From contig DATGZA010000058.1 in NCBI GenBank assembly GCA_035297365.1, positions 1 through 23,877 on the forward strand: a stretch of 23,877 nucleotides of DNA. Direction: 5' to 3'. This document shows positions 1 to 9,839 of the stretch, in pieces. The stretch comes from Nitrososphaeraceae archaeon. Its GTDB lineage: Archaea > Thermoproteota > Nitrososphaeria > Nitrososphaerales > Nitrososphaeraceae. A program made the position numbers and the translations under genes. The notes under the pieces are model-generated. The model saw only the letters and a list, made by a program, of their open reading frames with translations, was not told the origin of the DNA and did not search any database. Positions within the stretch are counted from its first letter, which is position 1. Each line of letters opens with the position of its first letter.

Positions 1-93
1 GGAAAGGATGCTATGCAAAAAGACATTCAGATAAATTTTAATCAATTAATAAATGAAGTTAAATCACAATTGAATTTTAGTTCTGTTGATTAA
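1..93 (+). CDS. Possible 3' end of a gene entering from the left edge
   Basis: Frame 1 is open from base 1 (GKDAMQKDIQINFNQLINEVKSQLNFSSVD) to TAA at 91-93. No recognisable motif. Confidence 0.3.
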   Translation, partial: GKDAMQKDIQINFNQLINEVKSQLNFSSVD

Positions 94-356
94 CATCTTT
101 CACTAGCCTTTCAAAATTTTATAAATGGAAGGATATCTGAAATTTTATCTGAATTGAAATCTGCGAATTTAATAGCAGTAATTGCAATTTTCAATAATCA
201 ACTTTCAAATACTTTCCAATTTTAATTTTTTCATCTTTTCTAATCTATTTATCTAAAATATACATTATGACTTTAGTATTGGCTGTATGCCAGATCCACC
301 TTATAAGTCCAGACAGTTAACCAGAAAAGATGCTTATTTAACATTTGAAACAGATT

Positions 357-1844
357 TTAATGCTGACTTAACTGAGATGTAATAGGTAGAGTAAAATTAA
401 AATTTGCACCTTTGTTCTTATTGTTCTCCGCCCATATTTTTCCACCATGTTTTTCTATAATATTTTTACAAATGTATAGGCCCAGGCCAGTTCCTGATTT
501 TGAACCTGTTACAAACTTCGTAAAGAGTTTATCCTTTATATTTGATGGAATGCCTGGACCACTATCTATTATTCTTACGAGAACAGTGTTGTTGTTGTCT
601 TGTCTTTCTAAAGAGACAATAATTTCTCCTTCTTTTACAATATTTATAGCGTTATTGATAATGTTTAAAAAAACTTGGTTTAAACGCAATTCATCTCCAA
701 CCATGGTAATTGAATCTTTATTGCATTTTAAAATTAAACTAATCTTTTTACCTAGGATTTGGTTTTTCAGATCTTTTAGTAAATCTTTTACCGACTCTAC
801 AAGATCAAATTCTTTCATATTAAGAGTTAAAAGTTGACTATCAATACGGGCAGCCTCTAAGATATTATCTGTAAGTAACTTAATTTTTTTAGCATTTTTT
901 ATGATGATTCTGAGTAAATCTTCTATATGACCAGGATCAAGGTTCTTGTTAGAAAGCATAACTTCTGCTAGACCTAAAATTGACTGGATCGGATTTCCAA
1001 TCTCATGTGCTGTTTCTTTAATAAATTGTATTTGTGTTTCATTTATGTTTTTTAATTGCTCATAAAGATTTTCCGCCTTTTCATAAAGTTCTGACTGTTT
1101 CCACAAGTTCTCAAACATAGAAATGTAATATAATACTGTTGATTTACTATTAGAGAAGGTTGAGAGTCCTAGCGATTCAGCAGGAGATTCTGTAGAATCG
1201 TTTACTAGTTCTGCAGTCATAGAGAATTTTCTGTCTACTATCAAAAATGTGACTGTTAAATACAGTGCTTCTGGTAAATATCTAATATGTATTCCTTTTG
1301 CCGTTAATCTATTGACTGCATCACCAATCTTTTTATCAAAAGGAGTTAGAATTCTTACTATTATGTTACCTTTAGTAGTATCTTGTAACCTTTGCAAGGT
1401 AAGAAAACCGTCTCCCAATACCATTCTCCTATAAAACCCATTTGCTGAAGAAAAAAGTAGTAATACTTCATTCTCCGCAGACTGAACAAGATTAATAGCA
1501 GTCCTTACAGCTTCTTCAGGATCCTTGATTATTTTGAGGCACGGTTTACTGAATTTAATATTTTTTATTTCTTGGATTTCATCAGAAGTGGGAATCGCTT
1601 TATCCCAGAAAGTATCAAAAACAAATTGTTTATTTTCAATAAAGTTTTTAATATTTTTGCCATAAAAGTTCTCCAATCTCTTGTATACGTTAAAACATTT
1701 CTGAGTATGAAAAAAGTATTTGGAACCATCTATTATTTCTTGGATCATTCCCTCATCTTTTTCAGTAAACAGGGGCTCTTTACACAAGGAACATTTTAAT
1801 TCTGTTCCATTGTTGGAATTGGAAAAACCTCTATTTTCATTCAT
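357..1844 (-). CDS. Cytoplasmic sensor histidine kinase with an N-terminal TRASH/YHS-like Cys motif
   Basis: H-box HEIGNPIQSILG, N-box NIINNA, G1 DSGPGI, G2 GTGLGL. The central LIVDRKFS...GLSTFSNSKSTV...FENLWKQ region is typical of Nitrososphaeraceae kinases. N-terminus has CSLC...DGSKYFFHTQKC. Confidence 0.95.
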   Translation of the reverse strand: MNENRGFSNSNNGTELKCSLCKEPLFTEKDEGMIQEIIDGSKYFFHTQKCFNVYKRLENFYGKNIKNFIENKQFVFDTFWDKAIPTSDEIQEIKNIKFSKPCLKIIKDPEEAVRTAINLVQSAENEVLLLFSSANGFYRRMVLGDGFLTLQRLQDTTKGNIIVRILTPFDKKIGDAVNRLTAKGIHIRYLPEALYLTVTFLIVDRKFSMTAELVNDSTESPAESLGLSTFSNSKSTVLYYISMFENLWKQSELYEKAENLYEQLKNINETQIQFIKETAHEIGNPIQSILGLAEVMLSNKNLDPGHIEDLLRIIIKNAKKIKLLTDNILEAARIDSQLLTLNMKEFDLVESVKDLLKDLKNQILGKKISLILKCNKDSITMVGDELRLNQVFLNIINNAINIVKEGEIIVSLERQDNNNTVLVRIIDSGPGIPSNIKDKLFTKFVTGSKSGTGLGLYICKNIIEKHGGKIWAENNKNKGANFNFTLPITSQLSQH

Positions 1845-2298
1845 TTTTTTCTAGGCCTGGAGAATTATGAAAATATATGGGTTCTATTGGTTTTAAACTA
1901 TTCTAAGATTCCGAATATTTACAAGAAGATTTAATTTCTTTAATAAGAAGGATCACTTTATCAAAATGTATCCTAATACCAAAGAAGAGTAAAAAAGTAT
2001 GAAGGGAAAGTAATAACAAATTTTATATTAAATTTGATTAATAATAAAAATTATTTATATTCGTACACAAAGAGCAGAATAATTAGATAATATGTAATGT
2101 TAAAGATTTTTGAAATCCAAATTGTTTTTTCAAAGTGATGAACTAAAAACCCCAAGTATTTATAAATATTTAATTTCGCAGCCTGTTACGTCATATGGAA
2201 CTTAGGATAGTTACATATTTAATATTGTAATAAAAAGTAATATTTATCCTGTAGTCAGAAAGTTTAATAGCTTTTATGGTTAAGATAGTGCTAAGGTT

Positions 2299-2568
2299 AT
2301 GGAAAAACCATCGGTAATAATTTTAACATTAGCAATGATGATGATTATAACAATACCAACAGTTTTATCAGTACACGCAGAAAAAGACAAAGACAATGAT
2401 GATAACGGAAAAGTCCAAGATGATGACGACCACTTAACAGAAAGAGATTTAGCAAAACTCTGTGGTGCTACCGAAGATTATGAAGCACATCAAAAACAAT
2501 GTGATAAACTATACGACATGTTAAGAAGTGGCGAAATAAAAGACGATCCAGATTTTGAATATGACTAA
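2299..2568 (+). CDS. Small exported acidic protein, function unknown
   Basis: Hydrophobic signal peptide ending VHA, Asp-rich mature part, two Cys. Confidence 0.8.
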   Translation: MEKPSVIILTLAMMMIITIPTVLSVHAEKDKDNDDNGKVQDDDDHLTERDLAKLCGATEDYEAHQKQCDKLYDMLRSGEIKDDPDFEYD

Positions 2569-3165
2569 CTACAACAATTGACATAGATATACTTAAAATT
2601 ATTATCATTAAAAGTCACAATCTCTACGATTTTGTCATTGAAGTATGTATCAATGAACGCACCATACTCATTGTAATAAAGAAATATATTTTTTATATTA
2701 TCAATTTTTCGAAATAATAATGGGTATAATAAAAACAAAATTTGTTCTAAGTTCTTATTCAATGACTGAAATCTTGCACACTATTAAATAGAGGAACAAA
2801 CAGGAAAGAAATCTGCAAATTGGCGGATTTCATAATTTCATAACCATGTAATGATCTTGTTGACCACGCTAACTTAGAGGAGGTGCTTTAGCTACTGGTC
2901 ACACAGAATTGTTAAAATTGGGAGCATCAGTTGGATGTGGTGGGTCCTATAATTATGAACCGAATAGAAATCCTATATGTGACCTCATATCAAATTTTTT
3001 TTGCTACTAACTTTTTCTTTTTTCAGAATACAAGAAGTAACTAATTAATTGTTCAATATTCAATTATAATAAAATTTAATTAAATGTTTATTATTAATCT
3101 AACTTATCATAATGTAAAGTATCTCTAATTTTTGCAAATAATAATCCCCAAAATAAGAAATTATA

Positions 3166-3846
3166 TTATCTTTTATTATTTCTAATTAAATCTTTTTTCA
3201 TCTGATTAAACTCTTCTTCAGTTAGTACTCCTTCGTTTTTCAGGTTTGCAAGTTTCTGTAACTCATCTGCAATTGATCCTGATTGATTGGATGTAGTTAT
3301 AGCTTCTTTATGGTCATCAGGTTCAGGAGATTTTTGCTTTTTTGAAGGGGCTATCCTTCGGCTATCTTGCATACCTGAACGAATTATTTCTATCAAATCC
3401 TCTGCCTTATCTTTTGGAATAGCTTCTATTATCCCTGATTGATCATCTTCACCTTCAATAACGCTATCCATCATACCTAATTTAGTTGAGCTCATTAATC
3501 CAGCAGCTTTAAACCTAATTGTAGATGATAACAATCCTTTTTCAAGCTTTAAACTTGTGATTATATCGTAAGGAATATCCACTACATTTGCTTTTATGCC
3601 AAGCATGTATGGATCTCTGATTATGATTCTTCTATCTGTTGCATAGATGGTATTGGGTGTAAAATAAGAGCCACCAGGTTTTATTTTTGACTGTCTTGCA
3701 ACAAGTAATACTTTTTCGTCTGGATTTAACATCTCCCTTATTTTATTAACTTCTTCTAAATCATTCCCCTTTATAACTGGTTTTTCGATATATAGAGTAT
3801 ATTTTTCTTCTTCTTCTTCTTTGTTGCTGCCCGAGCCAAAAGGCAT
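3166..3846 (-). CDS. Bacterial-type PH domain protein with a C-terminal SHOCT domain
   Basis: MLNPDEKVLLVARQ...ATDRRIIIRD...DIPYDIITS is a bPH pattern; SIADELQKLANLKNEGVLTEEEFNQMKKDLI is SHOCT-like. I prefer the ATG at 3846 (MPFGSG) over the TTG at 3855. Confidence 0.9.
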   Translation of the reverse strand: MPFGSGSNKEEEEEKYTLYIEKPVIKGNDLEEVNKIREMLNPDEKVLLVARQSKIKPGGSYFTPNTIYATDRRIIIRDPYMLGIKANVVDIPYDIITSLKLEKGLLSSTIRFKAAGLMSSTKLGMMDSVIEGEDDQSGIIEAIPKDKAEDLIEIIRSGMQDSRRIAPSKKQKSPEPDDHKEAITTSNQSGSIADELQKLANLKNEGVLTEEEFNQMKKDLIRNNKR

Positions 3847-3882
3847 ATAATACAATATATAGGAGGAAGTCTTATTTAAAAA

Positions 3883-4321
3883 TTAGTTATAATGATTCCC
3901 AATTTGTGTACCTATATTAAGTGCTATAATATGACTATATTGAGTAAAAAGAAGAGTAGTAAGAGTATCATTATAATGATTGTGTATGTTATCTTGACAC
4001 AAAAACAAATAAAGTGTATAATATGAAATGATAAAATATATCGTTTTTAGTATATTCTCACCATCACATCGACCGTTAATACCACCAATAATCTTTCCAG
4101 CTCCCGTCAGTTCTCTAAAATACTCCTCCGCCTGCATCTCTGACATCTTCCTTTCTTTTGTTGCCCTTGATCTATGTCCCAGATACATCATCACAGATCC
4201 AAAGATTGTTAATAACAAACCAATTATAGAAAAATCCCAAAAAAACCAAAGGCTGAGCCATACCTGTTAATAGGATTATGAAACTAAAAATATATCCAAT
4301 TACTTGTGATACTCTACCCAT
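3883..4321 (-). pseudogene. Small two-helix membrane protein interrupted by a frameshift
   Basis: ATG at 4321 gives MGRVSQVIGYIFSFIILLTGMAQPLVFLGF. Removing one base in the A-runs at 4230-4245 joins it to SIIGLLLTIFGSVMMYLGHRSRATKERK (ORF 3883..4218). The true 3' end is uncertain. Confidence 0.55.
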
Positions 4322-4629
4322 TTAATTACTCAGTAATTGCATTGATTTTATATTTATTGATAGGTGTACATATTAGCAAGCTTCCCTCTCCAAGATTCAT
4401 ATCCGTATGTACAGGATATTTTTCTAAATAATGAAGGTGTACACTCACAGAAATGAACTACAGCTTATTAAATTCCGTATTTATGTTATTGAAGATGTGC
4501 AATATCTTGATTTACATGTAATGGATGGATGTACAGAATGTACTAAAATACAGAATGTACTACTAAAATCATGGGTAATTAAAATACCATAAATTAGCGT
4601 TTTTCCCACTTAACCTCTACTATCTATAT

Positions 4630-4911
4630 TTAACTTAGGCATTCAAACTCTGAAACTTCCAAGCCCAGCTCCTTTTGTAACTTTTGTATTACTTTGGCAT
4701 AATATATTTCCCTATCTGGTTCAAATTTGTCTCTGGCTATGCAATAGCCTACCCATGCCTTGTTTAAAGCACCCCATGTCTGGTTTGTAAAAAATCCCGA
4801 TGGTAATTGTTCATGATACCTGAGACCTTGTCTATAATACTTCCAGGGATCAAAAGCATCATACTTTGACAAAAATGTATTATAATTTTTCCTATATTTA
4901 TGAGTCTTCAT
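4630..4911 (-). CDS. Hypothetical protein (93 aa)
   Basis: Clean ATG-TAA ORF with globular composition (TWGALNKAWVGYCIA...YYAKVIQKLQKELGL) and a TTTATA box about 25 nt upstream on the minus strand. Confidence 0.75.
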   Translation of the reverse strand: MKTHKYRKNYNTFLSKYDAFDPWKYYRQGLRYHEQLPSGFFTNQTWGALNKAWVGYCIARDKFEPDREIYYAKVIQKLQKELGLEVSEFECLS

Positions 4912-5913
4912 ATACTATTTATTGTCACGAAACCTATAAAAAACTTAAATTTCTGGGAATGATACATGAAAAACAAATAAACAATATCTTCTCTTAGATC
5001 GACGTTACAATTAATCCATTAAGTCAATTTTGATATGATGTAAAAATCTTTTTTTAAAACATTTTTGCCGTCAACAAAAATTACTGGTATACTTCCTCAT
5101 AAAATTTTTTTATTTTTAAATTTTTTCCAACAAATAATAATATTAAAAGAATTAGTATGTGCCAAATTGGTTACCCTGAAAAAGATCTCTATTTATAAAT
5201 AAAAAATAAATTCAAAAAATAAATTCAAAAAATTTGTTGTCTTTCTATATAAAATATAGAATAATGTAGTCGATCTTTTAGTCTGGCAATAATTTTTCAA
5301 TAAAAAATATCTTAAGATAATAGTTTATTGTACTACACTATAATACTTAACATATTACTGATAAATTTTATGAAAAGGGGAGATTACATATTGTCTTTTT
5401 CTGTACATCCAGCACTGCTTCTGTACACCAAGAACTGATATTTACGCTCACCTATATTATCAGCTTTAGGCATAACATGCCAAACACTATTTTAGGTATA
5501 CACCAACATTCTTGTCTATATGTACACTATATCTCAGCCTAAGATGATTGAAATTTTCCCACTGTAATTAACATAATGAGTATCATCGTTGTCAAAATTA
5601 TGAATCGCGGATAAGTCATTACTGGGTTTTTTGGTTTCCCAACCCCTTAATGCTTAAAGTACATATTAAATCAAAGTTCTTTGCTCTCGAATTAAACTTT
5701 TAATATTACTCTCTATAGTATGACTTGTTGAGGTAAAAATTACTTCAATCTTAATGATCACACTTGTTTCTACCCTAAGTTTTTTTTCCGGTTTTTTTAA
5801 ATTGAAATATATCCAATTTATACAAATATACTGAATAGAATTGGTAACGCATCATTGTGTATGGTATTTGTAAATCACTAATTAGATAATCATTCTTTTA
5901 ATAGAAAAGTAAT

Positions 5914-6016
5914 TGGCCCTAGAAAACTCCGGGCCCGTCGGGAGTAATACCGATAGTGGTGCGAAAATAAGAATCTAATGTATGGTGGTAAAGAGATAAT
6001 ATTTATGATTTACTTT
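5914..6016 (-). repeat. tRNA-3'-end-derived site 1 (left arm, core, type A right arm)
   Basis: tggccctagaaaactccgggcccgtcgggagtaataccgatagtggtgcgaaaataagaatctaatgta...ataatatttatgatttacttt. Confidence 0.9.
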
Positions 6017-6137
6017 TGAATACATATTTTTAAAAGATTAGTGTAATTTCTTTAGATTTTGGCTATTTCCAGTGTTTTGTGTTGTCTAAAAAAACCTCAC
6101 CATATTGTTTTCCTAGATTTGATTCCTTTAAGTATTT

Positions 6138-6433
6138 TCATATCATTAATTCTTTGATAATAGTTTTGTATTCTTCTGCTTTCAAAAATAATTCATAATT
6201 TAATTGATGTGATTCTTCAATTGTTGGCTTGATATCTTTGTTGGAACAATAAACAGAATAAAACAAAAGTACTTGTGCAAAAAATGCCCCCTAAAAAAAA
6301 TCCAAATCATTGGTTACTGTTTTCTTTAAATCATATGAAGGGTCCTGAAATACTTGAATTGTATAAGGTAGAGTATTGTATCTTCAGTGGCTTGATTAAA
6401 TAAGTTTCTAAGAATTTTTTCTCTATCCAACAT
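6138..6433 (-). pseudogene. Degraded hypothetical protein gene
   Basis: MLDREKILRNLFNQATEDTILYLIQFKYF, a frameshift, then TVTNDLDFF*GAFFAQVLLFYSVYCSNKDIKPTIEESHQLNYELFLKAEEYKTIIKELMI*. Confidence 0.55.
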
Positions 6434-6444
6434 TTATCAATAAT

Positions 6445-6548
6445 ATAAACTTGTTAAAAGATTTTGTTTTTTGACAATGAATGTCTTGATAATTACGAAG
6501 CTAAGAACAATAGTTTCAATCCTTGTTATGATGGATTTTGTTTTTTAC
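6445..6548 (-). CRISPR. Orphan CRISPR remnant: repeat, 37-nt spacer, degenerate repeat
   Basis: 6513-6548 gtttcaatccttgttatgatggattttgttttttac; on the minus strand it ends in the ATTGAAAC handle and has an ATCC/GGAT stem. A partial second copy cttgttaaaagattttgttttttgac ends at 6475. The spacer is 6476-6512. Confidence 0.75.
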
Positions 6549-6578
6549 TAGAAAATTAGGAACTAAAGCGGGTTAGTT

Positions 6579-6704
6579 ATGAAAAAGATATGGACAGATG
6601 ATATTGTAGAATTTAATGGAGAATTTTACAAAATACCAAATTCAATAATCGGTCCAAAACCTATTCAAAAACCTCATCCTAAAATCTATTCTGTTTACTG
6701 TTAA
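6579..6704 (+). pseudogene. Internal fragment of an LLM-class (luciferase-like) flavin/F420-dependent oxidoreductase
   Basis: MKKIWTDDIVEFNGEFYKIPNSIIGPKPIQKPHPKIY matches the LLM 'WT...V.F.G.FY......PKP.Q.PHP.I' segment. Only 41 codons are present. Confidence 0.8.
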
Positions 6705-6788
6705 ATATTTATTTATTAGGTTTATTTATCTTACATCTTTTTAATTATCTTTGTTGAAAGTGAATAAAATAAAGCTTTTTCCTATAAG

Positions 6789-7139
6789 TTAACTTAATAA
6801 CTTTAACACATTGCTAATAATTTGTGCATGATCTGCTTCTACTTCTGTAGTAATAAGCAATAAATGCTCATCATCTAATGGAATAGTAATTCGTTTAATT
6901 TTTTCATATTCTGTCATTGCATATTTTCCTTTTCCTGTTTTTGGAGATAAGAACTTTCTCAATCCCCATCCTTCTAAAGCTTGTAAATTTGATCTTCTTG
7001 TTTCTTCATTAGTTAGGATATTTTTTACTCCTTCTTTTTGACCACCATGTTTTATCTCTCCAGATACACCACATATTCCTGCAAATCTTATTTTAGAATC
7101 CATCTGTAAAATAGATCTACATAAATTATCATAGTCCAT
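6789..7139 (-). CDS. Thaumarchaeal roadblock/LC7-like protein (DUF6659-like)
   Basis: ILQMDSKIRFAGI...GKGKYAMTEYEKIKRITIPL..HLLLITTE pattern. Confidence 0.85.
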   Translation of the reverse strand: MDYDNLCRSILQMDSKIRFAGICGVSGEIKHGGQKEGVKNILTNEETRRSNLQALEGWGLRKFLSPKTGKGKYAMTEYEKIKRITIPLDDEHLLLITTEVEADHAQIISNVLKLLS

Positions 7140-7207
7140 ATATTAAATATTCAAAAATACAAATATTAATAGTTTTTAGATACTATTAATTTAGCGAATA
7201 CTTAACT

Positions 7208-7294
7208 GACCCATCGGGAGTAATACCGATAGCGGTGCTAAAAATAAGAGTCTAATGTAATAGTAATAAGATAATAATATTTAGGATTTACTTT
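7208..7294 (-). repeat. Site 2 (partial core, type A right arm)
   Basis: gacccatcgggagtaataccgatagcggtgctaaaaataagagtctaatgtaa...ataatatttaggatttacttt. Confidence 0.9.
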
Positions 7295-7327
7295 GCATCT
7301 TAATAATGATAAGAAAGTTAAAGTTTA

Positions 7328-7787
7328 CTAATTTAACAATTCTTTAACAGTACTTATTAATTCCTTTCTATCAATGGGTTTTATCAATATTTGTTCCTTG
7401 GATAAACTTGGAATTATAGTTAATATTTCATTTTATATATCTAATACAGTTATAAAAAGAATTTTAATTGTGGAATCGATTGATTTTATTTGTTGTTGTA
7501 ATTGAAATCCATTCAAATACTTCATTTTGATATCGAGTGTTACTAGTAGATCATTAAAATTTGGAAGATCTTTAATAAAATTCAATGCTTTGCAGGGATT
7601 TGTAAAAGACGTTATTTCATAACCTTTATCCTTTAAAAATGATTCATATGTAAAAAGTATATCTGGGTCATCATCGACTAAAATTATTCTTATGTTATTG
7701 CTTCTTTGAGTAAAAAATAAATCTTTTTCCCTTTTAGTTTCTGTAAAATCGTCGGTAGAGGTCGTATCATTTTATCAAGATATAATT
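7328..7787 (-). pseudogene. 5'-truncated copy of the receiver-domain half of the cyclase-REC gene at 15680-16759
   Basis: Collinear and highly similar to 15680-16140. It has an in-frame TAA at 7433-7435 (Pro in the intact copy) and no cyclase domain. Confidence 0.9.
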
Positions 7788-8176
7788 ATTTGTTTATTAT
7801 GTTTATATTTGGGAAATTTTTAGGGACATAAAAAAATTTTCAATAACAAAAATAAATTTACTGATTAGTAGAATTACTCCAAAGATTCAGATTACATCAT
7901 ATTCATATTATACAATAATTGTATAAAGATATTGATTTAAATAGTATTTGTGTTATTTAATGTCTTTGTATGTTAATTACTTATAACGAGGTATTTTAAT
8001 AAATGAAATTTGTTATTATTTAATTCCATTTGCTTTCAAACTTGACCATAATAATTTTCCTGATTTAGAGAGATTTATATATATTAATTGATTGCTAAAT
8101 TTGATAATTTGTATCTAGATAAATAAAAAAAATTAAAAAACTATTTGATTGCTATCTGAAAATAATATTATTAGAT

Positions 8177-9532
8177 TCACATTAACTTATTTTGTTGTGC
8201 TATTCCTCTAGTAAATAGTATTTCATGATTACCTGGAGTAATATCTTCCCAAACAACATAAATATGATTATTAGTTACTGCAATTTGAGGACATTCTGAA
8301 ATACCTGTATTATTGCTTAGATTCGCTATTTTAGTAGTTGACGCATCATTTTTGATATTTACTATGAATATATCTTGGTTTTCTTTAGAAATTATATCTT
8401 GCCATACTATATAGGAGGGATCATTATTTGCTACTTCAACATTAGTAGGATGAGTAATTTTATTTACAGAAGAATTTTTGTTTTCAGGTTTTGTAACTTG
8501 AATTGTATATGGATCTGTAAAACTAGTGCCATTATCATCACTTTTAACAAAATATATATCTTTGATATTTTTTGAATGCAATCCTCCCCAAATTATCAAT
8601 ACTTCATCTTTAGATACTGATATTTGTGATTCTCCAAAATTATAATGAGCTAATATAATGCTATTTTCAAAAGCATTTCCTCTATCAGAACTTTTTATAA
8701 AAAATAGTCCACTATTTTCAATATCTTTAGAGAGGTCATTATTTTCACTATTCCAAACAATGTATACATAATCTTGATAAGAATTCACTTTTGGATAAGC
8801 ATCATTAGTATTGGTCGCTAATTCTATTGAATCATTAAATGTATTTCCACTATCAAAAGAACTCTTAAACATTATACTACTATTTTTATCATTATTTTGA
8901 TCGTAGTCAATATCTTGCCATACTAAGTATACATTTTCATTAAATGCAGAAAGTTCTACATTGTTAGAATTTTTAGAGTTATTGCTTAGGTTTATAGCTT
9001 TGCTAAATGTCACACCATTATCTTCACTTTTTGAAAATATAATTTCTGTATTATTAGAACCTGTGTTATCTGTCCAAACAATAAATATACCATTTTTAGT
9101 GACAGCAATCTGTGGGTGTTCTGAAAAGCCAGTATTATTACTCAAATTTATTGGTTTACTAAATGTATTTCCATTATTCTCACTTTTTTTAAAATGAATA
9201 TCATAGTTATTTTTATTTAATTTATCATTAACAGATTCTTGCCATACTAAGTATACGATATTGTCAATTGCAGATATCTGAGCATATACAGAATCAAGAT
9301 TATTATTTGTTATATTAGTAACATTTGAAAAGTTGAAGTCTGAGATAAGTGTACTATCAATACTATTTTTAGAGCTACTATTAAAGGATAACTTGTTTTC
9401 ATCAATTTCATCCGTTGCAGAAATCTCATAATAACAAAATAATGAACTTAGAATAATAAAGAATAGAATCAATTTCAGTTGATATTTATTAACTAAAAAA
9501 GGGATTAGGAGGTTTGACTTTTGAATATTCAT
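8177..9532 (-). CDS. Exported BNR/Asp-box repeat (sialidase-like beta-propeller) protein
   Basis: N-terminal hydrophobic segment and five Asp-box repeats (KSENNGNTF, KSEDNGVTF, SSFDSGNTF, KSSDRGNAF, KSDDNGTSF) with recurring VYLVWQ. The start is uncertain (ATG 9532 or TTG 9556). Confidence 0.9.
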   Translation of the reverse strand: MNIQKSNLLIPFLVNKYQLKLILFFIILSSLFCYYEISATDEIDENKLSFNSSSKNSIDSTLISDFNFSNVTNITNNNLDSVYAQISAIDNIVYLVWQESVNDKLNKNNYDIHFKKSENNGNTFSKPINLSNNTGFSEHPQIAVTKNGIFIVWTDNTGSNNTEIIFSKSEDNGVTFSKAINLSNNSKNSNNVELSAFNENVYLVWQDIDYDQNNDKNSSIMFKSSFDSGNTFNDSIELATNTNDAYPKVNSYQDYVYIVWNSENNDLSKDIENSGLFFIKSSDRGNAFENSIILAHYNFGESQISVSKDEVLIIWGGLHSKNIKDIYFVKSDDNGTSFTDPYTIQVTKPENKNSSVNKITHPTNVEVANNDPSYIVWQDIISKENQDIFIVNIKNDASTTKIANLSNNTGISECPQIAVTNNHIYVVWEDITPGNHEILFTRGIAQQNKLM

Positions 9533-9696
9533 ATTATTATTACTATAGAATTTCAATCTATTTATTTGTAAAATACATTACTCAAATATACTTGAAATAC
9601 AAAGAATTCTAAAAGATTTTTTGAAATGATATTGTAATATATGACTTATAACTATAAGACAGAGAGAACCATTTGCAATCATATTATGATTAATGT

Positions 9697-9736
9697 AGTT
9701 GAACCCGAGAAAACTACGGGCCCGTCGGGAGTTGAA
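9697..9736 (-). repeat. Site 3, best-preserved copy (left arm, longest tRNA-like core, unique right flank)
   Basis: agttgaacccgagaaaactacgggcccgtcgggagttgaa; the minus strand reads TTCAACT CCCGA CGGGCCC G tagttt TCTCGGG TTCAACT. Confidence 0.92.
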
Positions 9737-9839
9737 TAGCCACAGTTTCCGTGTTCAATGTTATTTTAAGATAAACTTATTATGATTTCTAAAAGGTTAG
9801 ATTTGGAGAAGAAAAATGAAAACCAAATAAATACAAAAA

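Noticed and set aside
412-1799. Plus-strand ORFs 412..837, 1249..1434 and 1572..1799
   Set aside because: They are antisense shadows of the histidine kinase.
2565-2762. 65-aa minus-strand ORF
   Set aside because: AT-rich low-information translation with no motif; I cannot support it.
2879-3020. Slightly GC-richer stretch reading GGALATGHTELLKLGASVGCGGSYNY
   Set aside because: It may be a decayed gene, but there is no start or family I can identify.
4028-4270. 80-aa plus-strand ORF
   Set aside because: It is antisense to the more plausible frameshifted membrane gene.
5203-5232. Short tandem aaaataaattcaa repeat
   Set aside because: Low-complexity A/T sequence, expected in this background.
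8375-9197. Plus-strand ORFs 8375..8575 and 8961..9197
   Set aside because: They are shadows of the BNR-repeat gene.
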